From the human T2T-CHM13v2.0 reference genome, Homo sapiens, in assembly GCA_009914755.4 (NCBI GenBank), contig CP086569.2:4192001-4256000 (forward strand): DNA of 64,000 nt, in the 5' to 3' direction. Under the pieces are notes generated by a model, which saw only the letters and a list, made by a program, of their open reading frames with translations, did no database searches and had not been told where the DNA came from. Below, piece after piece: positions 42,001-57,570 of the stretch (positions are counted from its first letter, which is position 1; the number at the start of each line of letters is the position of its first letter). The position numbers and the translations under genes were made by a program.

Positions 42001-42448
42001 TTCTGTCTCATTGGCATTCCTGGTGCCTCTGGGGTATGAAAATAAACTCCTGTAGCTAGCTGTCTGCCTAAATGGCTGCCCAGTTTTGTGCTTGAAACCA
42101 AGGGCTCTGGTGGTGCAGGCACTTAGGGGAATCTCCTGGTCTGCGGGTTGTGAAGACTGTGGGAAAAGCATAGTTTCTGGGCCGGAATGCACCATTCCTC
42201 ATGGCACAACCCCTCACGGCTTCCCTTGGTTAAGGGAGGGAGTTCCCCAACCCCTTGCACTTCCCAGGTGAGGCAATGCCCCACCCTGCTTCTGCTCACC
42301 CTCTGTGGGCTGCACCCACTGTCTAATCAGTTCAAATGAGACGAGCTGTGTACCTCATTTGGAAATTCAGAAATCACCCTCTTCTGCATTGATCTTGTCG
42401 GAAGCTGCAGACCGGAGGTGTTCCTATTCAGCCATTTTGCCAGCTCAG
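39044..42448 (-). mobile_element. L1PA-type L1, 5' 3.4 kb only (5'UTR, ORF1, first third of ORF2), antisense, 3'-truncated
   Basis: Antisense ORF2 EN/RT start at 39044-40560 (track ORF 39568-39918 minus is an EN fragment). ORF1 around 40560-41560 (track ORF 40631-40867 minus is ORF1-like: …NEQSLQEIWDYVKRTNLCLTGVP…). The 5'UTR ends …GGTGTTCCTATTCAGCCATTTTGCCAGCTC at 42448. No L1 sequence below 39044. Confidence 0.85.
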
Positions 42449-42589
42449 AAAGATGTTTCTTATTAGGATTCATTGAAACTACCTGAAGAAAGCCTCCAGA
42501 TTTAATTTGAATAAGAGTTTTTGTGAAAATAATTTGGTAAGAAGCAGAAAATAGAGGGAACATGTTTGCAAACAAAATTTAGAAGTTTA

Positions 42590-44610
<2,021 letters not shown>

Positions 44611-45937
44611 CTTCCTTATTTAATTTTTAATAAAAACATATGCTCTTGAAAGCATAGAGAACTTATCATACTAAAAAGGCAGTTTTAAAATTTCTAAAAA
44701 TGTAATGCACAATTGATGCATATGAAATGTGGTAAAATGTCACCAACATGCAACTAAACTTTTTAAAATTATCAACGTTTTTGTCTTTAAAAAACATAAG
44801 AAGTTATTTATCTTAGCTAAAATGTACATACTCAGGGTTAGAAAGTGCACCTTTTTTTAATCCTATGTGTACCTTTTCTTTTTTTTTTAGAGTTTTTGTT
44901 TTTACTGTTTTAAGATGAAAACTTCTTATTATAAGGTCAATATTAATGTTAATTGTTGCATAAAAACCATTTTGTTCCATTTATCAATAAACCACAATAC
45001 TACTTAGGTGTTAGTTGCAATGATACTTCATGAAGGAGTAAATACAGCTTTCCCTACAGCTCTGAAGCTCATATATTTCTATCAGTTTATAAATACTGAT
45101 GTTAATACTCTCTCTCCCCCATTTCTAAGAGATTTCTCCATGAACCCAAAACTTATTTTTCTGTGTGAAAATTAGGTGGCTATACAGATTGGAAAAAAAA
45201 TCAACCGAAACATAAAGAAAAGTTTTTGAACAATGTTTTTCATGCTCATAAAAAGTGTGGCCAAGTATCAGAATTAGTTTTTCCACTTGGCATAAATATT
45301 TGATATTCTTAATATTATGTGTGCTCACTTGTTGTTGGACTTTCATATTCTTTAACATTAAAAAATGGAGATCAGCTCTTTTCTGCAATTTAGTTATGCT
45401 ATTCTGAAACAGAAAATGATTTTGATAAGACAATAATTTGGGAACTCTTTTAGCAATTAGTGGCAGTAAATAAAACTAATAATCATTGTTGTTCAGGAAC
45501 TGAATTTGTTTACAATAATATTTTTTCAAACTCAGCCCAAAGAAGCCATTTCACTTTTGCCTAGTGACTTATTAATAAGATACATATTATTATACATACC
45601 AATGTTCAGATTGTCTTAAAATGCTTTCAAATAGAATGCAAATTTTTGCAACAACAAAAAATTACACAAACAAGCCTCTATGATTGTGTAAATAAAGTGT
45701 CTCTACAAGTGGGGCACAAATAAGCCTATTTAGCCACCATTCTGGAGGAGTTGCTTATTCCTTTATCTAATTTGCTTACCAAAATTTTAATTATGGCTCA
45801 TCAAATGTGCTTGGTAAATCAAGTTCTGCTTATCATAAGGGTTACATTTAATCAGAACTATGGTCCGTCATAAAAGAGCCTGTATTTACCAAATTAATGC
45901 ATAATATTCACAAGAAACCACCAATAATAAACAAATT

Positions 45938-45950
45938 AAAAAATACTGTT
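45938..45950 (+). other. Candidate target-site duplication (5' copy) of the L1PA insertion
   Basis: AAAAAATACTGTT immediately precedes the L1 5' end. The identical 13-mer follows the L1 poly(A) at 57571-57583. Confidence 0.6.
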
Positions 45951-48900
45951 GAGGGATGGCTGGCAGTATGGCCGAATAGGATCAGCTCCTGCCTGCAGTT
46001 CCCAGCAAGATCAATGCAGAAGGCAAGTTATTACCTGGTTCATCTCACTGGGACTGGTTAGACAGTGGGTACAACCCACGAAGAGTGAGCAAAAGCAGTC
46101 TGGGGTATTGCCTCAGGCTGGGAAGTGCAAGGGTTCAAGGAACTCCCTCCCTTAGCCAAGGGAAACCATGAGGGACTGTGCCTTGAAGAAAGGTGCATTC
46201 CAGCCCAGACACTACACTTTTCCCATGGTCTTCACAACCTGCAGACAAGGAGATTCCCTCGGGTGCCTACACCACCAGGACCCTGGGTTTCAAGCACAAA
46301 ACAGGGTGGCTGTTTGGGCAGACACCAAGCTAGCTGCAGGAGATTTTTTTAATACCCCAGTGTCACCTGGAATGCCAGCAAGGCAAGACAGTACGGTTCA
46401 CTCCCCTGGAAAGGGGGCTGAAGCTAGAAAGCCAAGTGGTCTAGCTGAGCAAATCCCACCAATACAGAGCTCAGCAACCTAAGATCCACTAACTTGAAAT
46501 TCTCGCTGCCAGCACAGCAGTCTGAAGTTGACCTGGGATGCTAGAGCTTGGTGGGTGGAGGGGCATCCACCATTACTGAGGACTTGAGTAGGTGATTTTC
46601 CCCTCACAATGTAACCAAAGCCGCCAAGCAGGTCAAACTGAGTGGAGCCCGCTGCAGTTCAGCAAAGCTGCTGTAGCCAGACTGCCTCTCTAGATTCCAC
46701 CTCTCTGGGCAGGGCACTTCTGAAAGAAAGGCAGCAGCCCCACTCAGGGGCTTATAGATAAAACTAGAGCTTGGTGGAGGGAAGGGCAGCCACCATTACT
46801 AAGGCTTGAATAGGTGGTTTTCCCCTCACAGTGTAAGCAAAGCCTCCAAGCAGTTCAAATGGGGCAGACCCAATTGCAGCTCCACAAAGCTGCTGTAGTC
46901 ACACTGCCTCTCTAGATTCCTCCTCTCTGGGCAGGGTATCTCTGAAAGAAAGGCAGCAGCCCCAGTCAGGGCCTTATAGATGAAACTCACATCTCCCTGA
47001 GACAGAGCATCTGGAGGAAGTGGTGGCTGTGGGTGCAGCTTCAGCAGACTTAAACTTTCCTGCCTGCTGGCTCCGAGGAGAGCAGCAGATCTCCCAGCAC
47101 AGTAAGTGAGCTCTGTTAAGGGACAGACTGCCTCCTACAGTGGGTCCCTGACCGCCATGCCTCCTGACTGGGAGACACCACCCAGCAGGGGTCAACAGAC
47201 ACCTCATACAAGAGAGTGCTAGCTGGCATCTGGCAGGTGGCCCTCTGGGATGAAGCTTCCAGAGGAAGGAAGAGGCAGCAATCTTTGCTGTTCTGCAGCT
47301 GCCACTGGTGATACCCAGGCAAACAGGGTCTGGAGTGGAACTCCAGCAAACTCCAGCAGACCTGCAGCAGAGAGGCCTAACTATTAGAAGGAAAACTAAC
47401 AAACAGAAAAGAATAGCATCAACATCAACAAAAAGGGCATCCACACAAAAACCCCATTTGAAAGTTACCAACATCAAAAACCAAAGGTAGATAAATCCAC
47501 AAAGATGAGGAAAAACCAGCACAAAAAGGCTGAAAATTCAAAAAAACAGAATGTCTCTTCTTCTTCAAAGAATCACAATTGCTTGCCAGCAAGGGAACAA
47601 AACTGGACAAAGAATGAGTCTGATGAATTGACAAAAGTAGGCTTCAGGAGGTGGGTAATAACAAACTCCTGCAAGCTAAAGGAGCATGTTCTAACCCAAT
47701 GCAAGGAAGCTAAGAACCTGGAAAAAAATGAGGGGAACTGCTAACTAGAATAACCAGTTTGATGAAGCTGAAAAACACAGTATGAGAACTTCGTGAAGCA
47801 TACACAAGTATCAATAGCCAAATCGATCAAGTGGAAGAAAGGATATCAGAAATTAAAGATCAACTTAATGAAATATAGCCTGAAGACAAGATTAGAGAAA
47901 AAAAAATGAAAAGGAATGAAAATAGCTTCCGAGAAATATGGGACTATGTGCAAAGACCAAACCTATGTTTGATTGGTGTACCTGAAAGTGACAGGGAGAA
48001 TGGAAGCAAGTTGGAAAACACTCTTCAGGATATTATCCAGGAGAACTTCCCCAACCTACCAAGACAGGCCAACATTCAAATTCAGGAAATACAGAGAACA
48101 CCACAAAGGTAATCCTCGAGAAGAGCAACAGAAAGACATATAATCATCAGATTTACCAAGGTTGAAATGAAGGAAAAAATGTTATGGGAAGCCAGAAGGA
48201 AGGTCAGGTTACCCACAAAGGGAAGATCATCAGACTAACAGCAGGTCTCTCTGCAGAAACCCTACAAGACAGAAGAGAGTGAGGGCCAATATTCAACATT
48301 CTTAAAGAAAGAATTTTCAACCCAGAATCTCATATCCAGCCAAACTAAGCTTCATAAATGAAGGAGAAATAAAATCCTTTTCAGACAAGTGAATGCTGAG
48401 AGATTTTGTCACCACCAGGCCTGCCTTACAAGAGCTCCTGAAGGAAGAACTAAATATAGACAGAAAAAAACTGGTACTAGCCACTGCAAAAACACACCAA
48501 ATTGTAAAGACCATTGACAGTATGAAGAAACAATCTCAACTAATGGGCAAAATAACGAGCTAGCATCATAATGACAGGGTCAAATGCACACATAACGATA
48601 TTAACTTTAAATGTAAACAGGCTAACTGCCCCAATTAAAAGACACAGACTGGCAAATTGGATAGCGTCAAGACCCATTGGTGTGTTGTATTCGGGAGACC
48701 CATCTCACATGCAAAGGCACACATAGGCTCAAAATAAAGGGATAGAAGAATACTTACCATGCAAATGGAAAGGAAAAAAAAAAAAAAAGGAGGGATTGCA
48801 ATTCTAGTCTCTGATAAAACAGGCTTCCAACCAACAGAGATCAAAAACGACAAAGAAGGGCATTACATAATGGTAAAGGGATCAATGCAACAAGAAGAGC

Positions 48901-51898
48901 TAAATATCCTAAATATATATGCACTCAATACAGGAGCCCCCAGATTCATAAAGCAAGTTCTTAGAGACCTACAAAGAGACTTAGACTCCCTAACAATAAT
49001 AGTGGGAGACTGTAACACTCCACTATCAATATTAGACAGATCAAGGAGCCGGAAAATTAACAAGGATATTCAGGACTTGAACTCAGCTCTGGACCAAGTG
49101 GACCTAATAGACATCTACAGAACTCTTTACCCCAAATCAACAGAATATACATTCTTCTCAGCACCCGACCGCACTTATTATAAAATTGACCACATAATTG
49201 GAAGTAAAACACTCCTTAGCAAATGCAAAAGAATGGAAATCATAACAGTCTCTCAGACCACAGTTTAATCAAATTAGAACTCAGGATTAAGAAACTCACT
49301 CAAAACTGCACAACTACATGGAAACTGAATAATCTGCTCCTGAATTACTACTGGGTACATTAGGAAATTAAGGCAGAAATAAATAATTTCTTTGAAAACA
49401 ATGAGAACGGAGACACAACATATCAGAATATCTGTGACACTGGTAATGCAGTGTTTACAAGGAAATTTATAGCACTAATTGCCCACAGGAGAAAGCGGGA
49501 AAGATCTAAAATCAACACCATAACATCACAATGAACAGAAGTGGAGAAGCAAGAGCAAACAAATTCAAAAGCTAGCAGAAGACAAGAAATAACTAAGATG
49601 AGAGCAGAGCTGAAGGAGATAGAGTCATGACAAATTCTTCAAAAAATTAATGAATCCAGGTTTTTGAAAAGATTAACAAAATAGATAGACCATTAGAAAG
49701 ACTAATAAAGAAGAAAAGAGAGAAGAATCAAATTAATACATTAAAAAATGATAAACGGGATATCACCACTGATCCCACAGAAATACCAACTACCATCAGA
49801 GAACACTATAAACACCTCTCTGCAAATAAACTAGAAAATCTAGGAGAAATGGATGAATTCCTGGACACATACACCCTCCCAAGACTAAACCAGGAAGAAG
49901 TCAAATCACTGAATAGACCAATAACAAGTTCTGAAAGTGAGACAGTAATTAATAGCCTACCAACGAAGAAAAGCCCAGGACCAGGCAGATTCACAGACGA
50001 ATTCTACCAGACGTATAAAGAGGAGCTGGAACATTACTTCTGAAACTATTCCAAAAAGTAGGAAAAAGGGATTCCTCCCTAACTCATTTTATGAGGCCAG
50101 CATCATCCTGATACCAAAACCTGGTAAAGACACAACAACAACAACAAAAATTTCAGGCCAATATCCCTGATGTATTTTGATGCGAAGATCCTCAATAAAA
50201 TACTGGCAAACCAAATCCAGCAGCACATCAAAAAGCTTATCCATCCACAATCAAGCCTACTTCATCCCTGGGTTGCCAGGCTGGTTCAACATACACAGAT
50301 CAATAAACGTAATCCATCATATAAACAGAACCAATGACAAAAACCACATGATTATCTCAATAGATGCAGAAAATGCCTTTGACAAAATTCAACATTCCTT
50401 AATGCTAAAAACTCTCAATAAACTAGGTATTGATGGAAAGTATCTCAAAATAATAAGAGCTATTTATGACAAACCCACAGCCAATATTATACTGAATGGG
50501 CAAAAATTGGAAGCATTTCCTTTGAAAACCGGCAAAAGACAAGGATGCCCTCTCTCACCACTACTATTCAACATAGTATTGGAAGTTCTGGCCAGGGTAA
50601 TCAGGCAAAAGAAAGAAATAAAGGCATTCAAATAGGAAGAGAGGAAGTCAAATTGTCTCTGTTTGCAGATGACATGATAGTATATTTAGAAAAACCCCAT
50701 CATCTCAACCCAAAATCTCTTTAAGCTGATAAGCAACTTCAGCAAAGTCTCAGGATACAAAATCAATGTGCAAATATCACAAACATTCCTATACACCAAT
50801 AGTAGGCAACCAGAGAGCCAAATCATGAGTGAACTACTATTCACAATTGCTACAAAGAGAATAAAATATCTAGGAATACAACTTCCAAAGGATGTGAAGG
50901 AACTCTTCAAGGAGAACTACAAACTGCTGCTCAGGGAAATAAGAGAGGACACAAACAAATGGAAAAACATTCCATGCTCATGGATAGGAAGAATCAATAT
51001 CGTGAAAATGGCCATACTGCCCAAAGTAATTTATAAATTCTTTGCTATCCCCATCAAGATACCATTGGCTTTCTTCATAGAATTAGATAAAAACTACTTT
51101 AAATTTCATATGGAAGCAAAAAAAGAGCCCATATAGCCAAGACAATCCTAAGCCAAAAGAACAAAACTGGAGGCATCACACTACCTGACTTCAAACTATA
51201 CTATAAGGCTACCATAACCAAAACAGCATGGTACTGCTACCAAAACAGATGTGTAGAGCAATGGAACAGAACAGAGTCCTCAGCAATAATGCCACACATC
51301 TACAACCATCTGACAAACCTGACAAAAACAAGCAATAGAGAAAGGATTCCCTATGTAATAAATGGTGTTAGGAAAACTGGCTAGCCATATACAGAAAACT
51401 AATACTGGACCCCTTCCTTACACCTTATACAAAAATTTACTCAAGATGGATTAAAGACTTAAATGTAAGACCTAAAACCATAAAAACCTTAGAAGAAAAC
51501 CTAGGCAATACCATTCAGGACATAGGCATGGGCAAAGACTTCATGACTAAAACACCAAAAGCAATGGTAACAAATGCCAAAATTGACAAACGGGATCTAA
51601 TTAAACTAAAGAGCTTCTGTGCAGCAAAAGAAACTGTCATCAGAGTGAACAGGCAACCTAGAGAATGTGAGAAAATTTTTGCAATCTCTCCATCTGACAA
51701 AGGACTAATACCCAGAATCTACAAGGAAGTTAAACAAATTTACAAGAAAAAAACAAACAACCCCATCAAAAGGTGGGCAAAGTATATGAACAGACATTTC
51801 TCAAAAGAAGACGTTTATGCAGCCAAGAAACATATGAAAAAAAGCTCATCATCACTGGTCATTAGAGAAATGCAAATCAAAACCACAATGAGATACCA
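45951..51898 (+). mobile_element. L1PA-type L1 (about PA5-8), positions 1 to about 5400, sense, ending abruptly without tail
   Basis: 5'UTR from GAGGGATGGCTGGCAGTATGGCCGAATAGGATCAGCTCC, with an internal tandem duplication of about 225 bp at 46530-46950. ORF1 starts at 47505 (track ORFs 47505-47744 and 47906-48112). ORF2 EN/RT fragments at 48759-49268, 50177-50635, 50768-51136 and 51528-51929. Ends …GAAATGCAAATCAAAACCACAATGAGATACCAT then unrelated sequence. Confidence 0.9.
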
Positions 51899-52037
51899 TG
51901 GAACTGCTAATCTTTATCAATGTTTCTAGCGTATAATCCAAAACTATCATTATTAATTTTGTTTCTCAAATTTTTTCAGATTTGGTCATTGGAGCTGCTC
52001 TTTCATGTTGGCTCCTGTGTCTTTTTAGCATGAGTCC

Positions 52038-52112
52038 TTTCTCCCTTCCTCCCTCCCTCCCTCCCTCCCTTCCTTTCTTCCTTCCTTCTTCCTTCCCTCT
52101 TTCTTTCCTTTC
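52038..52112. repeat. (CCCT/TTCC)n polypyrimidine microsatellite
   Basis: CCCTTCCTCCCTCCCTCCCTCCCTCCCTTCCTTTCTTCCTTCCTTCTTCCTTCCCTC. Confidence 0.85.
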
Positions 52113-52930
52113 TAAGCCGCCTTTGTGTACTGAGCCAGAAAGAATATGTATGAGTGCATGTATGCTAACCCATACATAAATACATACATCTATAGTTATT
52201 TCTGTATTTATATATTCATGTCTATGTTAACTTAAACACTGATATTTCTCAGCTAGTTATACCCCACGGGGTTTATTCTTCCCTTCCTGGTTTATTGTAT
52301 CTAGTCAAAACACTGGTTGCCAAAGTTACTTAGGTTTGTTATTTTTCTCTTCAACCCCTTCAGTGAAGTTATGTTATACATTTATAATACAGTTGGGTTC
52401 ATTTTTCTTGTCTGCAATCCATCCTGGGATTTCCTGACATCCTGCTTTTGTTTTTATTCTTTTCCAATTTCCATAAAGTTCATCTTTTGTATTGTACAGT
52501 TCTATGGGTTTTGAAAAATGCTTAGTCCTGTATCCACCACCGTAGTGCCATGCAAAACAGCTCCATCTTCCTAACATTTTCCTGCGTGGCCTGTTTGTAG
52601 TCAAGCAATCTTCCTTCTCACAATCCTTGGTAACTGCAGATCTGTTTATCATTCCTGTAGTTTTGCCTTTACCCAAATGCCTTTCAAATTGGATAATACA
52701 ACACTTACCAAAATGTATATCAGATTTAGCCATACTGTTGTGTGAATCAACCGTTCCTTTTTCATGCTGAGTATTATTACATTCTATGGATATACTACAG
52801 GTTGTTTATCCATTCACCTGTTGAAGCGTGTCTTGGTTCTTCCTTTTGTGATTATAAAAAAAGTGCTATAAATATGTGTTTGCATGCCTTTAGTAAATAG
52901 AAGTTTCCAATTCTTTTTGTTAAATATCTA

Positions 52931-54650
52931 AGAGTGGAATTACTGGATGATATGATAAATGTATATTTACATATGTAAAAAGTTGCTAAACCATTTTCAG
53001 AAGTGGCTGAACAATTTTGCATACCATCTAGCAACTAAAGTTGCTGTTAACATGCATAATTTCCAGAATTTTATCTTGTCAGGTGTGTGTATGTTTGTCT
53101 TGTTGCCATTCTAATCCTTGTGTAGTACCTTGTGGTTTTAATTTGCATTTCGCTAATAACTAATGATGTTGAGCATTTTTTCATATGCTTTCACATACCT
53201 ATTTTGGTGAAGTGTCTTTTTAGACTTTTAAAAAATTTATTAAATTTATTAAAATTTATTAATTTTGTCGCTTTTTTCCTTATTGTTGACTTTTTAGAGT
53301 TATTTATATATTGTGCATGTAAGATTTTATTGGATATGTTATTTGATTTGCAAATACTTTCTCTTAGTGTGTGTGTTACCTCTTCATTCTCCTTACAGTG
53401 TCTTTTACAGAGCAAAGTATTCTAATCTTGACAAAGCCTAATTTAACATTTTTAAAGTAGATCATGCTTTGCATTTTATCTTTAAATCTTATTGTTAAAC
53501 TAAAGATTTTGTATATTGCCTCATGTTTGCTTTTAAATGTTTTATAGTTTTGTTATACATTTTGGTAAATTACATATTTCAGTTAATTTTTGGATAATGT
53601 ATCAGGTATATGCTGTGGTTTATTATTTTGCATAGGGATTTACAACTGATACAGCAATATTTATTGAAAAAAATTCTTTATTAAATTATTGAATTTTTGT
53701 AAAAAGAAGCAATAAATGATATTCATATAAGCCTATTTCTCAACTGTCTATTCTATTCTGTTGATGTGTATGTTTATCTTTTTTCCAATACCACACTGTC
53801 TTAATTATTATAATTTTATAATAAGTCCTGAAATTGGATAGTGGGAGCCCTTTAGCTTTTTTCTTCTTTTTCTGAGTTGATTTAGCTATTGTAGTTCCTT
53901 TGTTTTGCCATATATATTTTAGAATCAGCTTCTGATATCTGAATAAAAGCTTGCTGAGATTATGATAGAAATATCGTTAAGTGCATATAGCAAATGAGAA
54001 AAAAGGACATCTTAACAATATTGCATCTTCTAATTCATGAACATGAAAAATATCTTTTTCATCTCTATTGATTTAGATATTTGACTTCTTTCACTAGTGT
54101 TTTGTAAGTTTCAGTGCAGACATTCTTCACATGTTATGTTAAATTTATACCCAAGTACTTAATTATATTTAGTACTACTGTAACTGATGTCATTTAAAAA
54201 CTTCAAATTCCAAGTATTAATTGCTGTAATATAATAATATGATTGATTTCTGTATATTTTCCTTGTATTACGAGACCTTGCTAAGTTCACTTATGAGATC
54301 TAAGAACTTTTTGTACATTTTGTATGTTGATGGACATGTCCTCTGAAAATAGAAGCAGTTTTGTTTCTTAGTATACACTCTGTATGTCAATTCTTCATTT
54401 TGTCTTATTTTGCAGGCGAAGATCCCCAATGTGATACTAATAGGCGTAGTGAAAGCAGATATTTGTCTTGACCCTGATGTTACAATAGCATTCATTCTTT
54501 CACCATTATGTATAGATGTTAGCTGTAGATACGTTAAATGTTATTTAATAGGCTGTTTCCTTCTCACTGCATTTAACTTTAAGTGAAAGATTATCTGTCT
54601 AAACTTTCATCTTCTGTCCAATTTAAGTGACAATAAAAGTTCTAATCATA
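52931..54650 (-). mobile_element. Old L1M-type L1 3' region (ORF2 end plus 3'UTR), antisense
   Basis: …GTGGTTTTAATTTGCATTTCGCTAATAACTAATGATGTTGAGCATTTTTTCATATGC… is antisense to the L1 region AGAAATGCAAATCAAAACCAC. It is followed by a long colinear stretch of the L1M antisense 3'UTR (…CCAATACCACACTGTCTTAATTATTATAATTTTATAATAAGTCCTGAAATTGG…CATCTTAACAATATTGCATCTTCTAATTCATGAACATG…). Confidence 0.65.
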
Positions 54651-54719
54651 TTTTAAATTTGGAAGTAGCTATTTCTAGTTATGTTATTAAAACTTTCCAT
54701 AAACCTGTTGCTCTGCATC

Positions 54720-54850
54720 CGAACCAGAATTTGATCTTGTCAGGTATCTGTGTGGTTTGTTTTGTTGCTACTCTTATACTTGTGTAGTGCATTGTGGTTT
54801 AATTTGTATTTCCCTAATAACCAATGGTGTCGAGCATTTTTATATGTTTC
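54720..54850 (-). mobile_element. Second L1M antisense fragment (same L1 region as 53050-53200)
   Basis: GAACCAGAATTTGATCTTGTCAGGTATCTGTGTGGTTTGTTTTGTTGCTACTCTTATACTTGTGTAGTGCATTGTGGTTTAATTTGTATTTCCCTAATAACCAATGGTGTCGAGCATTTTTATATG is about 80% similar to 53053-53190. Confidence 0.55.
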
Positions 54851-56782
54851 CATATATCTCTATTTATTAAGTAGAACAATATAATCTACTTAATAAAAAA
54901 AATCTGATAAAACTTTAAGTAAGAAAAACAACTCTTTATATGCAGTTCCTGTTTAGGAAGTTATAATTTAAGGGTAAGGCCTTAAATATACCATCCCCTA
55001 CAATTTATTCAGAACTTTTAGTTTGAGTACACATTGCTTCCTACACATTTTATTTATGTATTTATTTCTCTTTCCAATGTGTAGTTTTCTGTTTTTTAAA
55101 TATAACTGGTTAAAATTGTCAAGTATTGATATTTGATCAGAGAATCTAGAAGTAGAGATGAAAAAGACCTATTGAGTCTCATTCCACTGTGAAAATGCAT
55201 TGACCACCCAACTGTATTTCATCAATATAAAGCTATAGTTGGGTCTATTATTCCCTGCAGAAAGAATGCCAGAGGGGCTTTTCTTATTTGGAAAAATATT
55301 TTTTTCACACGTATTACTATTTCATCCTATCATGCTTTTGCATTTGGGAGGTAAATTGAAAAGAAAGATAAATTCTTTAGCAAATGTTTCTTCTCAGGAT
55401 AATTTCTTTAAATATCTTTTACCATAAAGAAGTCATTAAGACTATCACAGAAAGTTTCAACTTCTCTATTACATGAATTTATTATTACTTAGGGGTTTAG
55501 AAAAATCTCAAACAGAACAATCTCTGCAAGCAGAGATTAGTTTTGTGAGAAACTAATGAATAGTTATGCATGAAGCAATAAATGGAAGTAAGCGTAGGTC
55601 AGAGATGTTTGTGAGAGAAATGACATCTAGAATGAGCTGAAGTAGAAAGAACCTTTTAGTTATCTCAAGGTGAGTTGATCTTTATGAAATGTTTGCTATT
55701 TGAAGCTTTATTTGAAGATACCATTCTCCAATTCACAGGAAGGAATAACTTTAGGATTAGGCTGAGTAAGTGGCTGAGTTATAAGACCAAGTGTACCAAT
55801 GGCAAGTAAATTAATCTGCAGTTCTAGAATGTGGTCAGATCAATTTACAATATCTATGTACATAGATTGACAGACTACAGATGCATCCCCTGGTGGAAAC
55901 CTCTCACATGAATCCAGGCAAACAACAGGAAGCAGATACATGCATCGTGTAGTCAGTTTACCACAGGACTACTGACTAGAACTTGATCAAGACCATTTCT
56001 TTCTGCTTGCCTGTGACTTCATAATAGTCAACATAGCTTAATGAATTAGTTATAATACTTAAATACACAAAGTGGAATGGCAAGTTTAATTATTTTTTTA
56101 TTATCCATAGTATTTGAAAGCAGTCAAGATCCTTTATGTGTTACTACTCTATAAGTTAGCAATGACATTAATGAAATTTATATAGCCAATTAGGGAGATA
56201 TAGCCAGTTATATGAAAGCATATCCTCACTGTTCTGTATGTAACAAGGCTGTGATGTGAATAAAGATACTTTCACAATGCCTGAAATGCCTCCCAGCTCT
56301 CTTCTTTTTCATTCTTTATACCACAACCTTTACCCCAGTTAAAAACTCAATGTTAAATATGTATTATATGTATATATATTTATACATAATGTTCTCATTT
56401 GGTAAAAACATTATATATTCTTTTTTTTAACTAGCACAAAACCACCATGTATAATCTTGAAATCCTACTTGTTAAACCTATATTTAATTTTATAACTTTT
56501 TTTCTGTAGAAAAAAAGGCATTTTTTTGAAACATAAGACATATGATGGTAGACAGTAAATTGCTTTAGCCTAGAAAACAAAACTAAAATGGTAACTTTCT
56601 AAAGGAGTTTTTAGAACTGTATGAAATTTGGTTTCATACAGGAAACTTTCATTGAATCAAAAGATGAGAAATATCTTCCATGGGAGATATAATCAGTGTA
56701 CTGACAGCTTTGATATGTAGCAGCTAAATTATTAGTTCCTCAGATGAACCAAATGTGTAAGCATTACTACCTTTGTAATACA

Positions 56783-57570
56783 ATGGTAAAAGTTCAGTTT
56801 ATGGTCATTAGAGAAATGCAAATCAAAACTACACTTAGATACCATCTCACGCCAGTTAGAATGGCGATCATTAAAAAGTCAGGAAACAACAGATGCTGGA
56901 GAGGCTGCAGAGAAATAAGAGTGGTTTTACACTGTTGGTTAGAAAGTAAATTAGCTCAACAACTGTGCCAGACAATATGGCGATTCCTCAAGGATCTAGA
57001 ACCAGAAATACCTTTTGACCCAGCAATCCCATTACTGGGTATAATACCCAAAGGGATATAAATCATTCTATTATAAAGATACATGCACACATACATTTAT
57101 TGTAGCAATATTCACAATAGCAAAGACTTGGAACCAACCCAAATCACCATCAATGATAGACTGGATAAAAAAATGTGGTACATATACACCATGGAATACT
57201 ATGCAGCCATAAAAAGGAATGAGATCATGTCCTTTGCAGGCACATGGATGAAGCTGGAAGCCATCATCCTCAGCAAACTAACACAGGAACAGAAAAATAA
57301 ACCATAGGTTCTCACTCATAAGTGGGAGTTGAACAATGAGAACACATGGACACAGGGAAGGGAACAACACACACTGGGGCCTGTCGGAGGGGGGTGTGGC
57401 AGAGGGTAAAGCATCAAATCAAATAGCTCATGCATGTGGTGTTTAATACCTAGGTGATGGGTTGGTAGGTGCAGCAAACCACCATGGCACAGGTTTACCT
57501 ATGTAACAAACCTGCACATTCTGCACATGTACCCCAGAACCTAAAATAAAATAAATTTAAAAAAAAAGAA
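56783..57570 (+). mobile_element. L1PA-type L1 3' end (ORF2 C-terminus, 3'UTR, poly(A)), sense
   Basis: GGTCATTAGAGAAATGCAAATCAAAACTACACTTAGATACCATCTCACGCCAGTTAGAATGGCGATCATTAAAAAGTCAGG…ACCTGCACATTCTGCACATGTACCCCAGAACCTAAAATAAAATAAATTTAAAAAAAAAGAAAAAAA. The first 43 nt overlap the last 43 nt of the 45951-51898 piece, with 4 mismatches. Confidence 0.85.

Noticed and set aside
46974-47522. 182-aa ORF antisense to the L1PA 5'UTR/ORF1 start, with a homologous 116-aa ORF at 41195-41545 in the other L1PA copy
   Set aside because: Both copies are about 90% identical L1PA sequence, so a shared open frame in a GC-rich, stop-poor segment is expected without selection. It is not at the position of the described L1 ORF0. 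There is no independent evidence of coding.
48759-51929. Several 120-170 aa ORFs with clear endonuclease/reverse-transcriptase similarity
   Set aside because: They are frame-shifted fragments of L1 ORF2 within the L1PA copy, not an intact or novel gene. They are annotated as part of the mobile element.
56775-56800. Possibility that the L1PA 3' piece is an independent 5'-truncated L1 with its own TSD (AATAC…)
   Set aside because: Only a 5-nt partial match (AATAC) precedes it, against a perfect 13-mer shared with the far upstream L1 5' end. Kept as the less likely alternative in the finding rather than as a feature.
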